64,000 nt of DNA. Origin: Vairimorpha necatrix. Its lineage: Eukaryota. The translations under genes and the position numbers were made by a program. Below the pieces are notes generated by a model. It saw nothing but the letters and a program-made list of their open reading frames with translations, was not told the origin of the DNA and made no database searches. Of the stretch, positions 38,653 through 50,214 are shown in pieces (position 1 is the first letter of the stretch; every line of letters begins with the position of its first letter). The stretch covers positions 558,001 to 622,000 of the forward strand of contig CP142735.1 in the NCBI GenBank assembly GCA_036630325.1, in the 5' to 3' direction.

Positions 38653-39477
38653 ATAAAAATTTAGTAAAAGCAATATATTTCATTATGACAAAAAGACATT
38701 TAGAACTCTAAACGAAACCATGGGCCAGGTCATACAAAAAAAACTGATGAAATAAAGAAACAAACATGAGACCAACCAAAAGGGTCATATGATAAAATTG
38801 ATTAATATCGTGGGAATTATTTGAAAAATCAATGCACTTACGGGCCTCAATAAAGTTGTATTAGCTTAAAAATGTTTATAAACAAAAATAAAAGAAGAAT
38901 TTTATACCGAAAAGGCAATTTTTATGCAAGTTAAAAAAATTGCAAAAATGTTTCATTGTATGTTTTAAATGGGACGTTAAGGCGACTAAAAAGAAGGAAT
39001 AAATTTTAAGCGAAGGAAATGTCAAAAATATCATATTTTTTTTGCATGGATGTAATGTTTTTAATAAATGATACAAAAAAGATACCATAAAAAGTAAATG
39101 TAATAACTCTTATAGATTCAAACTCTTTTCGTCTATTATTTTTGTCTAAGAACATAATTATATTTATATACTTCTATGACTTCCCAAAATATTCACTTAT
39201 AAATTTAATGAATTATTTTAAATTAAGAAAAACATTCCTTGTCTCGTTTATGCAAGATATTTTAGTACAACTCTAAATTATTTTAAATTAGTCCTATGTG
39301 ACTTATTATATCATTTCGCATACATTTTTATTTATAAATTATTTAAAATTCTCCTTATTTTATTTGTTTAATTTTTAGTATTTTTTGTTGTTTTCAATTT
39401 TGTTTACAAATCAACAAATTCCTTTTCCAGCATAAACATTTTTTCGTATTTATTTCTCCTCCTCAGCATAAACAGAG

Positions 39478-40650
39478 ATGAACAAACTTTCCAAATTTAT
39501 GAAATTTTGCTACACATGCCGACTTGAGATTCTGACCTATACCAAGCACAACAAGAAGAGGTTAATAATTTCCATTTTCTTTTCTTTTTTATTTTTCTTT
39601 TTTCTTAAAATTATTTTTTTTAATATTTTTGGGGATATGAAAGATAAACAGGAGAGTTACATGAAAAATAAACAAGATGAAAAAGAAGAAATTTATGATT
39701 TTATTAATAAATCGGTAGATTTATGTTTAAAGAAGAAGACTAGATATGAACAAAATAAGAAATTTAATGAAATAATTTCTTCCTTGCCAATTAAGCCTAT
39801 TAAGATGACTTTGACCACTTCTGTTTTTTTATTAAATAATGATAAATTTACAGTTTTAAAAAGAATTATAGTAAATAAAAAGACACCAATTTTTGAAGAT
39901 AAGATTGCTTTAAGACTTGATCATTTCAATATAGTGAAATCTTATAAGTCTGAGATAAGAAGTTATAGAGACATGAATAATGAGACACAGACTATTATTT
40001 GGTTATATATGGAATATTTACCCTTTAAGATATCTCAAGGGTATGTAAAGAAGAACGAAGAAATAATTAAGGAAATAGCCTATGATCTGCTTCTTGGGCT
40101 AGAATATCTCCATAAGAATAATATAGCCCATTTAGATCTTAAGATAGCGAATATTATGGGGTTTAAAGAAAATGACAAAATGAGATATAAAATTATAGAT
40201 TTTGGATATTCCAGGGTAGTCGACAAAGAGGTGTTTATTCCTGGGAAGCAGTATGGGACTTTTCCTTATAAGCCGCCAGAAGTGGTATTTGAAAGTATCC
40301 ACGGGCTCAAAGGCGACATTTGGTGCGTCGGGGCGATTCTTCTTTTTTTAAGATTAGAAGAGACGCCTTTTTATGATTCAAGTAATAAAAAAGACAAGCC
40401 GCTTTATGACAAGTTTCTAAGTGGAAGGTATAAAATCAAGTACCCCCAAGGGATTTCTCCCGTTTTAAAGGACTTTATTAAGGCGTGCATGCGGCTTGAC
40501 AGGAACAAGAGGCCTAGCGTGGAAGAACTTTTAACTCATAAATTATTTAGAGAAAAGGGTGTTTTATTTGGGGACGAGGAAGTATCTTCAGACTATTATT
40601 CTGATAGTGAATATGATGAAACAGATGAATCTATAGACATTGACCTATAA
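39478..40650 (+). CDS. Ser/Thr protein kinase with an N-terminal transmembrane segment (non-RD)
   Basis: TM LIISIFFSFLFFFFLKIIFFNIF; VLKR, HLDLKIAN, DFG, PPE, DIWCVG; acidic tail. Confidence 0.85.
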   Translation: MNKLSKFMKFCYTCRLEILTYTKHNKKRLIISIFFSFLFFFFLKIIFFNIFGDMKDKQESYMKNKQDEKEEIYDFINKSVDLCLKKKTRYEQNKKFNEIISSLPIKPIKMTLTTSVFLLNNDKFTVLKRIIVNKKTPIFEDKIALRLDHFNIVKSYKSEIRSYRDMNNETQTIIWLYMEYLPFKISQGYVKKNEEIIKEIAYDLLLGLEYLHKNNIAHLDLKIANIMGFKENDKMRYKIIDFGYSRVVDKEVFIPGKQYGTFPYKPPEVVFESIHGLKGDIWCVGAILLFLRLEETPFYDSSNKKDKPLYDKFLSGRYKIKYPQGISPVLKDFIKACMRLDRNKRPSVEELLTHKLFREKGVLFGDEEVSSDYYSDSEYDETDESIDIDL

Positions 40651-40702
40651 ACAAAAAATAAATAATATAAAAATAAATAATATAAAAAGAATATTTATTT
40701 TA

Positions 40703-40927
40703 TTATTGTATAATTCTTATGGTTGTTATTTCTTTACACCCTTTACATTCAATTATGAAATACTCCCCATTTATAGAAGTCTGACAATTTACACTGGAAA
40801 TATAAAAATGCTCACAGGTCTGGCAGGCCACTTTGCTACTTCCTTCCTCTAGAAGAAGTTTACTGACGACATAAGGACTAAATTTATAAACAGGAAACAA
40901 TCTCAACAAATAAAAAATATTCTGCAT
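40703..40927 (-). CDS. RPR2: Small zinc-ribbon protein, probable RNase P/MRP subunit Rpr2/Rpp21/Snm1 family
   Basis: CQTC...VNC..I...IIECKGC spacing resembles the Rpr2 CxxC..CxxC ribbon. CCCCC before the ATG; sits in a tightly packed gene cluster. Confidence 0.55.
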   Translation of the reverse strand: MQNIFYLLRLFPVYKFSPYVVSKLLLEEGSSKVACQTCEHFYISSVNCQTSINGEYFIIECKGCKEITTIRIIQ

Positions 40928-40960
40928 TTTAAAAAGGGGGCTAGAAATAAAAATATTTAT

Positions 40961-41368
40961 TTAGACTCTTCTTCCTCTATGTCCACCCTTCATTCTTACT
41001 TTATCTGTCGGCTCAGGGGTCACATCTTCTATTCTACCCATCTTTATTCCACTTCTAATTATCGACCTCACTGCCACTTGCGCACCAGCCCCAAGGGCCT
41101 TGGGCTTGACGCCGCCTGCTCCTCTGAGCATAAAATGCACTGTCTTGACTCCCCTCTTGGCAATAATAGCAGCCACATCTTGAGCTGCAATCATAGCAGC
41201 ATACGGCGAACCCTCATCTCTCTTGGACTTCACTCTCATACCACCAGATATTCTACAGATAGTCTCACTGCCTGTAATATCAGTGACATGGATAATTGTA
41301 TTATTCTTAGTGGCCTTTATGTGGCAAATAGCAGTGTACTCATTACTGGTCTCTATGGCTTCAGTCAT
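40961..41368 (-). CDS. RPS14: 40S ribosomal protein S14 (uS11)
   Basis: [49 protein letters not shown]; intronless. Confidence 0.98.
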
Positions 41369-41439
41369 TTGGGGTATAAAAAAAGAAAGAAAAAAAGCAA
41401 AAGCATTTTAAATGAACAAAATATAAATCATAATATTTA

Positions 41440-41515
41440 TACTAGAAATATATGTATTATTTTTATTATAATATTTCTACTAGAAATATATGTATTATTT
41501 TTATTATAATATTTC
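41440..41515. repeat. Perfect 38-bp tandem duplication in the RPS14/PFK divergent promoter region
   Basis: TACTAGAAATATATGTATTATTTTTATTATAATATTTC x2. Confidence 0.9.
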
Positions 41516-41665
41516 TACTATTAATAAATATCTGCAAATAGTATTTTTATTTATCATTTTTTTTTATTAATTTACTGTTTTATATATTAATTTTTTATTG
41601 GTAATTTATTACTATAAATCTCATTGGTAAACAACAATATATAAAATTTTATATTCCCCATACAC

Positions 41666-44344
41666 ATGAAATCATACATAGAAGAAGTAAAATTGACCTT
41701 CGACTCTGTCTCAGAAGATGTCGGCATCTTATACGAAGAACTAGGACTGGATGTCATATATGACACCCACTGTATAAAAATATACAGCTCGCCTATAGCA
41801 AAAATAATCTCTATAGACGGAGGAATACATGTAAACACAATAATATCTAACGACCTAGACAAAGAAATATATGACTCGATGGGTAATAAAGTAATAGTAA
41901 AATATATAGGATCTCATTCTAAACTATCAGTAGGAATAATAACAAGCGGAGGAGATGCGCCCGGTATGAATAGTGCTATAAGATCAATAATAAGAACAGG
42001 CATAAAAGCAGGCGGGTCTGTATACGGAGTATATAGAGGATTCGACGGACTAATAAATAATTACATATGTAAATTAGGTTGGGATACAGAAACACATAAC
42101 AGTAGTGAAGGTGGAACAGTCTTACTAAGCTTCAGAAGTAAAGATTTCTTTAATAGAGAAGGTAGGAAAAAAGCAGCACTAAATTTAATAATAAGAAATA
42201 TTAATAGTCTAATAATACTAGGAGGAGACGGGAGTCTAAAAGGAGCACATGTTTTAAAACAAGAATGGAGAGAATTATTTAAAGAATTAATCGACGAAGG
42301 GAAACTAGACATCTTAGCGAAAAAAAGTAAAAAAAAAATTAATGATGAAAGTAAAAATTTTTACAAAGATTTTTATGGTGAACCAGAGTGTTACAAAGAA
42401 ACACCAAAAAAACGAGTAACAGAGAAATATGAAAAAGATCAAAAATCTAATGAATCTTTTACTAACCCGAAAAATCTATATAAATATATATACGATCTTG
42501 TAATAATAGGCATACCAGCTTCTATTGATAATGACATACCTCTTTGCGATTTTACTCTGGGATGCGATACAGCTCTAAATCGTGTAGTAGAATCAATAGA
42601 TCATATTTCAAGTACAATGAAATCACATCAAAGAGTATTCGTCATGGAGGTTATGGGCAGGAATTGTGGATGGTTAGCGCTTATGTCAGCATATTCATGT
42701 CTAGCGGATTATCTTCTAATACCAGAAAATCCGCCATATAATTGGAAAAATGAAGTAATGGAACATATTGATTATGGTAGAAAACATGGTAAACCAGGAA
42801 TGTTTATAATTGTATCAGAAGGAGCAGTAGATCGAGAAGGAAATCTTATAGACGCCGCAGACATGGTAAAATACATAAAAACTAAAGATATCGACGTAAG
42901 ACTTCTTAAACTCGGTCATGTACAAAGAGGCGGACCAACTTCAGCATCAGATAGAATTTTTGGTACATTAGCAGGAATAAAAGCTTATGAAGAAGTCGAA
43001 AAAAGTTTTAGTGAAGAAAACTATACTTCTAAAATCATCGTATCATCAAACGGAGAAGTTGTTGCTAAAAATTTGGAAGATGTAATTACAACTAATGAGC
43101 TTATTAAAACATATCAAACGAAATTTGATTTTGATTCTATTCTTACAAACAGAGGAAATCTTTTTAAATCAGCTTTATCTTTTTATCTGTACATTTTACA
43201 GAACAAAAAAATGTCTCGGGCAATGTATGTGGAAGATCTCAATCTCAAAGTACTAGTCAATAACAATGAAGAATTACAAAATAAATATAACAAAGAAAAC
43301 AGTGGTATTAAAAATAGTACTGTTTTTAATACAAGAATAGGTATAATGCAATTTGGCGAAAGATCGTCAGGAATGAACACGGCACTAAATAGTATTGTAC
43401 AATATTGCTACGCTAGTAATATCGAGCCACTGTGTATTCTAAATGGACTAGAAGGATTTAAAAATGATCAAGTAATTAAACCAGAATTATATGAATTCGG
43501 AAATGATTTCAATAACGGCGGGTCTATTTTAGGTTTGGGAGAAACAGGAGTAGAATGCGATGTATTGCAACAAATGAAGAAACATGAATTAAAAGGACTT
43601 ATCATAATTGGTGATACTGTGTCGCTTGATGTTTTATATAAAATAAAATTAGAAAGATTGAAATTTTCTGCATCTGAAAACGAAGCCGTCTCTATAATCT
43701 TGATACCTGCTTCATCTACTAATAATATTCCTTGTACAGACATTTCTATAGGGACTGATACAGCACTTAATACAATTTTAAAAGTATCAGATTGTTCAAA
43801 ACTCAGTTCTTTGTCACTTAAAAAGAGTGTCTTTGTGCTAGAAATAGCAGGTATATGTGGATATCTCACATGCATGGGTGGCTTGGCTGCTGGTGCATTT
43901 GACTGTTTTATACCAGAACGAAAATATCTCATAAGTCATCTATCTGAAACCGCACATAGATTAAGACGGAAGTTTAAAGAAGAGAAAAGATCTGGTACGG
44001 TAATTTTTAGAAACGAAAAAACTTTTCGCTCTATTTCCACAGAATCCTTTTGTAAAGTATTAGAGACAGATGGTATGTTTTTATTTGGTACTGATTACGG
44101 TGTTCTAGGCAGACTTCAATCTGGATTAAATCCAAGTCCAATCGACAGGATAAACGCTTCACTATTAGGATTTAAAGCAGTCGATTATTGTACTAATAAT
44201 AATATAGGAGTAATAGGGATAATAGGCAATCAAGTACATTTTACGGATATTGCAGATTGTATAAATGAATATGACGAGGAAACCAAGAGAGTTAAAAATC
44301 CTAAATGGTTAATACACAGTAAAGTGTGCAAATCTCTCGAATAA
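41666..44344 (+). CDS. PFK: ATP-dependent 6-phosphofructokinase (eukaryotic duplicated type)
   Basis: TSGGDAPGMN, GGDGSL, SIDND, EVMGRNCGWLAL and LGHVQRGG. Degenerate C-terminal regulatory half (GMNTAL, PASSTNN). Confidence 0.97.
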   Translation: MKSYIEEVKLTFDSVSEDVGILYEELGLDVIYDTHCIKIYSSPIAKIISIDGGIHVNTIISNDLDKEIYDSMGNKVIVKYIGSHSKLSVGIITSGGDAPGMNSAIRSIIRTGIKAGGSVYGVYRGFDGLINNYICKLGWDTETHNSSEGGTVLLSFRSKDFFNREGRKKAALNLIIRNINSLIILGGDGSLKGAHVLKQEWRELFKELIDEGKLDILAKKSKKKINDESKNFYKDFYGEPECYKETPKKRVTEKYEKDQKSNESFTNPKNLYKYIYDLVIIGIPASIDNDIPLCDFTLGCDTALNRVVESIDHISSTMKSHQRVFVMEVMGRNCGWLALMSAYSCLADYLLIPENPPYNWKNEVMEHIDYGRKHGKPGMFIIVSEGAVDREGNLIDAADMVKYIKTKDIDVRLLKLGHVQRGGPTSASDRIFGTLAGIKAYEEVEKSFSEENYTSKIIVSSNGEVVAKNLEDVITTNELIKTYQTKFDFDSILTNRGNLFKSALSFYLYILQNKKMSRAMYVEDLNLKVLVNNNEELQNKYNKENSGIKNSTVFNTRIGIMQFGERSSGMNTALNSIVQYCYASNIEPLCILNGLEGFKNDQVIKPELYEFGNDFNNGGSILGLGETGVECDVLQQMKKHELKGLIIIGDTVSLDVLYKIKLERLKFSASENEAVSIILIPASSTNNIPCTDISIGTDTALNTILKVSDCSKLSSLSLKKSVFVLEIAGICGYLTCMGGLAAGAFDCFIPERKYLISHLSETAHRLRRKFKEEKRSGTVIFRNEKTFRSISTESFCKVLETDGMFLFGTDYGVLGRLQSGLNPSPIDRINASLLGFKAVDYCTNNNIGVIGIIGNQVHFTDIADCINEYDEETKRVKNPKWLIHSKVCKSLE

Positions 44345-45115
44345 AAAATTTCGAACATACAATATATTCTTGTACTGTAAATATAAATATTATATAATAT
44401 AATTTTTTTATTGTTTTTTTTAACCATGATTAAAATTTCAGTCTCATTTTTCTAATATTTATATGTAAATTTTTTTAGATTCGTAGTTTAATTTGATAAG
44501 TGGGTTAAACCATTTTTTTAAATATTAATAGTGTTTGTAAAAATCCAGAAGATTTATAATTGGTCAACTATAAAAATTAAACAACTTGTTTGTTTTTCTA
44601 TGAAACCGGAGTTATTGTTTACTGACTTTATTGTTCTAAAACATATATAAAAAATTTAAATAGAGGATCGTATCGAAAAAAAAAATAAATAAAAATAAGT
44701 AAAAAAAGTTCTTGTTTTTTGTAAATAAAAGCGACACCGCAAATGAATAAAAAACTTTTTAGTAAAATGTAAAATTCGATTAAATGACAAATAAATACAT
44801 AACGCTCTATATAAAAAATATGTATAAAAATCATGAATATGGTGGGTGCTGAAAGTATTAGATTAATTTAAGTGGACTCTATAGATTTAATTAACCAATA
44901 TAAATGTAACCCCATGAACAAAAACTAAATTCATTAACTTAAATTAATATAACTACAAATAATTTTGAATTTATGCAAATTTTTCGTTTTTTATTATTTG
45001 TTAGGCTTTAAAAACTATGAATTTTAGACACGATAATATGTAGAATAAAAAGTATGAGAGAATAACAGACTTCAGAGTGTTATTTAAGCAGATAAAAATC
45101 TAAAAATTGTTTTTA

Positions 45116-46721
45116 CAGTCCATTTCATTTTTATAGACACTTTATTTCATTTTTATAGACACCTTGTTTCATTTTTATATACACCTTATTTCATTTGTAT
45201 AGAACCCTCATTTCATTATTATAGAACCCTTTTTCTAAAATTAATTTTACTTTCCTTTAAAATTTTTAACCCTTAAAATATGAGAAACCTAAATGTCAGA
45301 GAAGAACTTGAGGAATACGTAAAGAAGAATCATTTGTTGAGATAGAATATGAAACGCAGTCTTATACCCCAAGAAAAATCAGGAAGATAATTACCAGGTA
45401 GATAATCGAAAGTTTTCTTTCATTACTCGACACTGGTATGAAACTTATTGATATGGAAGTTGATTTAAATCTCAGTAAGTCTAGCGTTAAACGCCTATAT
45501 AAAAGATATCTTACAGGAGAATTTACAAACTTTTAACTTTTAAAACGGCAGGACAAAAAAAGAGTGAATCTTTAAACGATATTTCCATGGTTTCAAATAT
45601 TATTGCAACGGAAATAACCCCGAATCCTTGTCTAGGTCTTTATAATTTATCCGATAAATTGCAAAATGTAAATTCCACGGGACATTACTCTAAGTCAACT
45701 GTTTGCAGCTCTGTATAAAAATTAGGGCATAGTTCTGAAACTCCGACCTTGATTCCACTAAGTAGAAACAGTCCTCAAAACAAGCTGTTAAGGTCTCAAT
45801 ATGCGAGAGTAATAGATATCATATCAAATGAAAATTATATATTTCTCGATGAAACTGGTTTAAATCTGCACCTTAACAATACCTTTGGTTATTCTTTAAG
45901 AAAATACTAAGTGTTGTGTAACGGTCCCGAATTCGAAAGGGATTAATGTTTCTTTAATGTGTTCTATAAGCGTTAATGGATTATATGCGCATAAAACTAA
46001 AGTCGGAAGTTTTAAATCTACAGATTTTGTCAAATTCATTAACAATAATTTAGCTATTTGTGAGCAAGAGATAAAAAAGAATTATAATATTGGATAACGC
46101 ATCTATACACAGAACAGCCGAAGTAGCTGCTGCTCTTAGAAACAAAGGATACAGTCTAAAACTTTTCCCTCCATGTTCTCCTTTACTCTTTCCCATCAAG
46201 GAGTTTTTTAACAGTTTCAAGTCCCGAGTAAAACAGAGACCTAGACCAACAACCACTCCTTTGTTAATTGATTGTATTGAGGACGTGTTGAACACAGAAG
46301 TATTCGTCATGTATGGTTACTTTTCCCATATGAGAGAATTTATTTAGAAAGCTCTTGTCAATGCGAATTTTTTTTCTGAATTAATGAAATTAAAAATTTT
46401 AATTTAAAAACTTCTAAGGTATTTTCATTGTTTGCCATGTAAATATTGATGTTTATATCTTTATCGTTATCTCGTCTTTACGATTCAACTATATAAATAA
46501 ATTATGAAAAAAATAAAAATAAATTTTATAACAAGGTGTCTATAAAAATGAAAGAAGGTTTTTATAAAAATAAAATGAGGTGTCTATAAAAATGAAACAA
46601 GGTTTCTATAAAAATAAAATCAGGTGTCTATAAAAATAAAAAAAAAAGGTTTCTATAAAAATGGAACAAGGTAGGTGTCTATTATTATGAAACAAGGTGT
46701 CCATAAAAATGAAATGGACTG
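45116..46721 (+). mobile_element. Tc1/mariner (IS630-Tc1, DD34E-type) DNA transposon, inactive
   Basis: TA TSDs; TIR CAGTCCATTTCATTTTTAT(A/G)GACAC; subterminal 22-bp arrays. Broken transposase from ~45280 with IFLDETG, IILDNASIH and PPCSPLLFPIK (third catalytic E changed to K, 34 residues after D). Confidence 0.93.
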
Positions 46722-48543
46722 TATCTAAATTAGATAATTTGGGAAACAAATTACTATTAAATCAGCCTATCAAATTTATGCATTAGTTGTATATGTACAT
46801 TTATTATTACCCATGCAGTAATGCACTCTCTTTAAGACCGACATTTGACTGCTTAGAGTTTTAGTTTAGAAAATTTTAGTGATAATGTCATATTGTAGTT
46901 TTAGGGTTATGACCTACTTTAGATTGCTTTCTTGTGTAATTTTTCTATAGAATACATTACGGCTACATATATTATATAAGCTGGGGATTCTTTTGTGATA
47001 TCGTGACAGTGGCGTCGAAATTAGAAAATGATGAAAGTTAAAGGCTTTTGCGAACAAATAAAAATTATAAACATTTGTTTTAACAAAAGTTATCTTATGC
47101 TGTATAAGTCTATTCCCAAGGCCCAATGATTTTTAACAGTCTATCTAGGATTGGGCAAAGTTATGTTTAAAGTTTTACAATTTTATCGAGAAAAATTAAT
47201 CAGTAAATGGTGGAATTAATTTACTGATTCATTTTGTAGAACTTGAAACATAGAAATTTAATCTTCCAAATGTCATAATACCACGCACATCAATCAGATT
47301 TGTGAATGTTGAAAATAAAAATGAGTTTTTGATGAAAATGTTTCTTTAGCTTAAATAAAAAAATAAAATCTATAATTGTACAAAGTAATAACTATTTGTC
47401 AATATATTCATGTACAATTTAAAATTATTAAATTAATGATAGTCCAATAAAAATATAAAATTTTAATTATCAACATCTTTCCGTACTCCTCTAATTCTGC
47501 AAAGTCATATAATCTACTTTTAAAATCGTTTTTAATGGTATGTTTTCTGTACTGTTTGAATACGGAAAAAAGAACTAACTATAAAAAAGAGAAGCGAAAA
47601 CAATACCTATAATGAATATAAACCAAATACATGATCTACTATAAGTATTTAAATATTTTTAAAACTATCAGTAATAATCGAGATGGGAGTTGTGAAAGTA
47701 GTAGGAGGGTTGCTAAAAAAGATTTTAGACCAGTATCTTTTCAATAAAACTCTATCTTTTTAGTTGTTTCCTTAGGAATGACACTTCAGGATCTATATGT
47801 TTGAAATAATAACAATCGTTGGTTCATTCATTACATACTATATTGATAATTATGTTTTAGTTAAGTAAGATAATGTTCTAGTTCTTTGTCGTCAAAACAT
47901 TCTTGTATGTTTGAAACATATCCTTCACATCCCTTATAATATACATAAGGTTAATTTTTAATACTATAGATTAAAACATAAGTTTTCATTTGGTATTTTT
48001 TTAGATTCTTTTTTTGTGAAAGATCTAATTAAAAAATCTTAAAAAACAAATTTTTAACCTTATAATATGAGCTGTTTTGCCGCTAATAAATGAGTAAAAA
48101 CAAAATCTCAGCTTTTTAAAGAATCTGAAACAATGTTAATTACACCTTTACCATAATTAATAATTGGGCCTTTTCGATAATCATTTCTTGAATCTTCATT
48201 TTTTCATAGAAGAAATTTGTTAGATTATCACTTTTCAAAACGTCTTTAGAGTTTGTATTACTAACCAGGTATCACAAATTACATTCCCATATCAAAAAAA
48301 GTAGTGTTTTCTGATTTAATTTCTGTTTATATAAATTAAATAGAAAGCTGTTATTCTCGCGTTATTTATAAGAATCATATTTATTTAATTTAGGTTAAAA
48401 TTAGTAGCTTGTTATTCAACAATCAATATTAATAATGTTATAGACTGTAGGGTTTAGAACCCTTAATAAATAAATGGTTAACATGGCGAACACAAGGATG
48501 AACAGGGAAACAAGAGAGTCCCGTAGTCAAGAGGCTAGAACAT

Positions 48544-50201
48544 TAGAGACTTTATTCCCAACTATGCGTATAGAACAGTAAGGCTTACTGAGGCTTTAAA
48601 GAAAGATGTTAAGTGGAATTGGACGGAGGATATGGAAAGAGCTTTTGAGGATATGAAGCAAGGCTTGAGAGATATGAAAAAGTTGAAGATTCCGGACGGA
48701 AAAAAGCTATTTAGAGTAAGAACTGATGCGTGTGATACGGGGATCGAGAGCAATTCTATTACAAGAAAATAAAGAGGGTGAGTGGATTCCGATACAATGG
48801 GCATCGAAAATGTTGACTCCTATCGAGCGAAGATATACGATAAGTGAGAAGGAGATGTTGGCGGTGTTTTTTGGAATAAAGAAGTTTGAAAGTGATTTGA
48901 GAGGAAGGAAATTTCATTTGATGACGGATCATAAAGCATTAGCAGAGATCAGAAATAAGCCATACTTCAATAATAACAGAATAAACAGATGGGTAGAACA
49001 GATACAAGAGTTTGACTTTACAATAGAGTATGTGAAAGGGGAGTTGATGACAGATGCAGATGCGTTAAGCAGGCAGTATGATCAGGTAGAAGTTTCGGAT
49101 GAACAAAAAGAAAAGGACAACAAGAGAAAAGAAGTGATCGAAAAACAAATTTTGGGAAAAAAGCAGAAACATATTAAAGAAAAGTACGGTAAACAGTATT
49201 GGGAATTTTCCACAGGTGAGGTGAAAGAGATATTGAGCCTAGATAGTAGAGAACATGAAATAACAAGAGTACATGAGGAGTTAAACCATAGAGGTGTCAA
49301 AGGCACTTATTATAACATTAAACAAAGATGGTATTGGCCTGGTATGAAAGATCATATTAATAAGGTAATTAAGAATTGTGAAATATGTGGGATTAACAAT
49401 AGGAAAAACACAGGAGGATGTGATTTCGTAGTAACTAGAAAGAAATTGGAGAAAGTGGCGTTGGATTTAATGGACATAGGTGGAGAGAATAGGTATGTGT
49501 TACTGGGTATTGATTACTTTACTAGAAGGTTGTGGGGTTCGAATTTGAGATGTAAAGAGAGTAGTGAAGTTATAGAGGTATTACAAAAGTGGATAAGGGA
49601 AGATGGATTTCCAGAGGAATATGTGACAGACAACGGAAAAGAGTTTGTAAGTAATAGATTTAAAGAATGGTGTAGTATTAATGATATTAAACATAGGAAA
49701 GTGGGCTTAGAAGCTCATAGGAGTAATGTTAGAATCGAGAGATGCATCAGAACTATAAGAGAGACATTGATAAAGCAAAATGATGGGAATATTTCTGAAA
49801 AGATAGAAAGAGCAATCAAAGGATATAATAATACACTACATACAGCAATAAAATGTACGCCGATGGAAGCGTGGAGAGATCAAACTGCTGAAGTTATAAT
49901 TGAAAATGATGAAAATGGAAAATATGCTGGTCGGTTCAAGAGAAGACACAGAGAGACATTTACAGTAGGCCAAGAGGTAAGAATCGCTAGGAGAGAAAAT
50001 TTAGGTATACGTGCGAAAACAGACAAGGGAAGATTCACGGGTCGCGGAAGGATCGTAGCTATAAGTGAAAATGATTCATATATTGTGAGACTACTGGATG
50101 GTAAAATTGTTAAAAAGAGGCATTATAATTTGAAAGAGATAAGGAAGAGTTGTTTAGAAGATGGAGAGACTACCCGTCTGGAGGGGGGATGTAGGGTTTA
50201 G
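48544..50201 (+). pseudogene. Remnant pol: RT thumb/tether, RNase H and integrase
   Basis: RDFIPNYA..WNWTEDMERAF..VRTDACDTGI, frameshift near 48745, then EKEMLAV, TDHKAL, HEELNH..CEIC, ALDLMD, VTDNGKEF, IERCIRT. The stop codon lies inside the 3' LTR. Confidence 0.9.
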
Positions 50202-50214
50202 AACCCTTAATAAA

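Noticed and set aside
40703-40790. RPS27-like motif (YFIIECKGCKEITTI)
   Set aside because: The CxxC pair is C-terminal and lacks the following SHAQT..C..C..GGK. The layout fits Rpr2 better.
45121-45230. 22-bp repeat arrays as a CRISPR array
   Set aside because: No unique spacers, eukaryotic context, and the arrays are mirrored at both ends of a Tc1 element.
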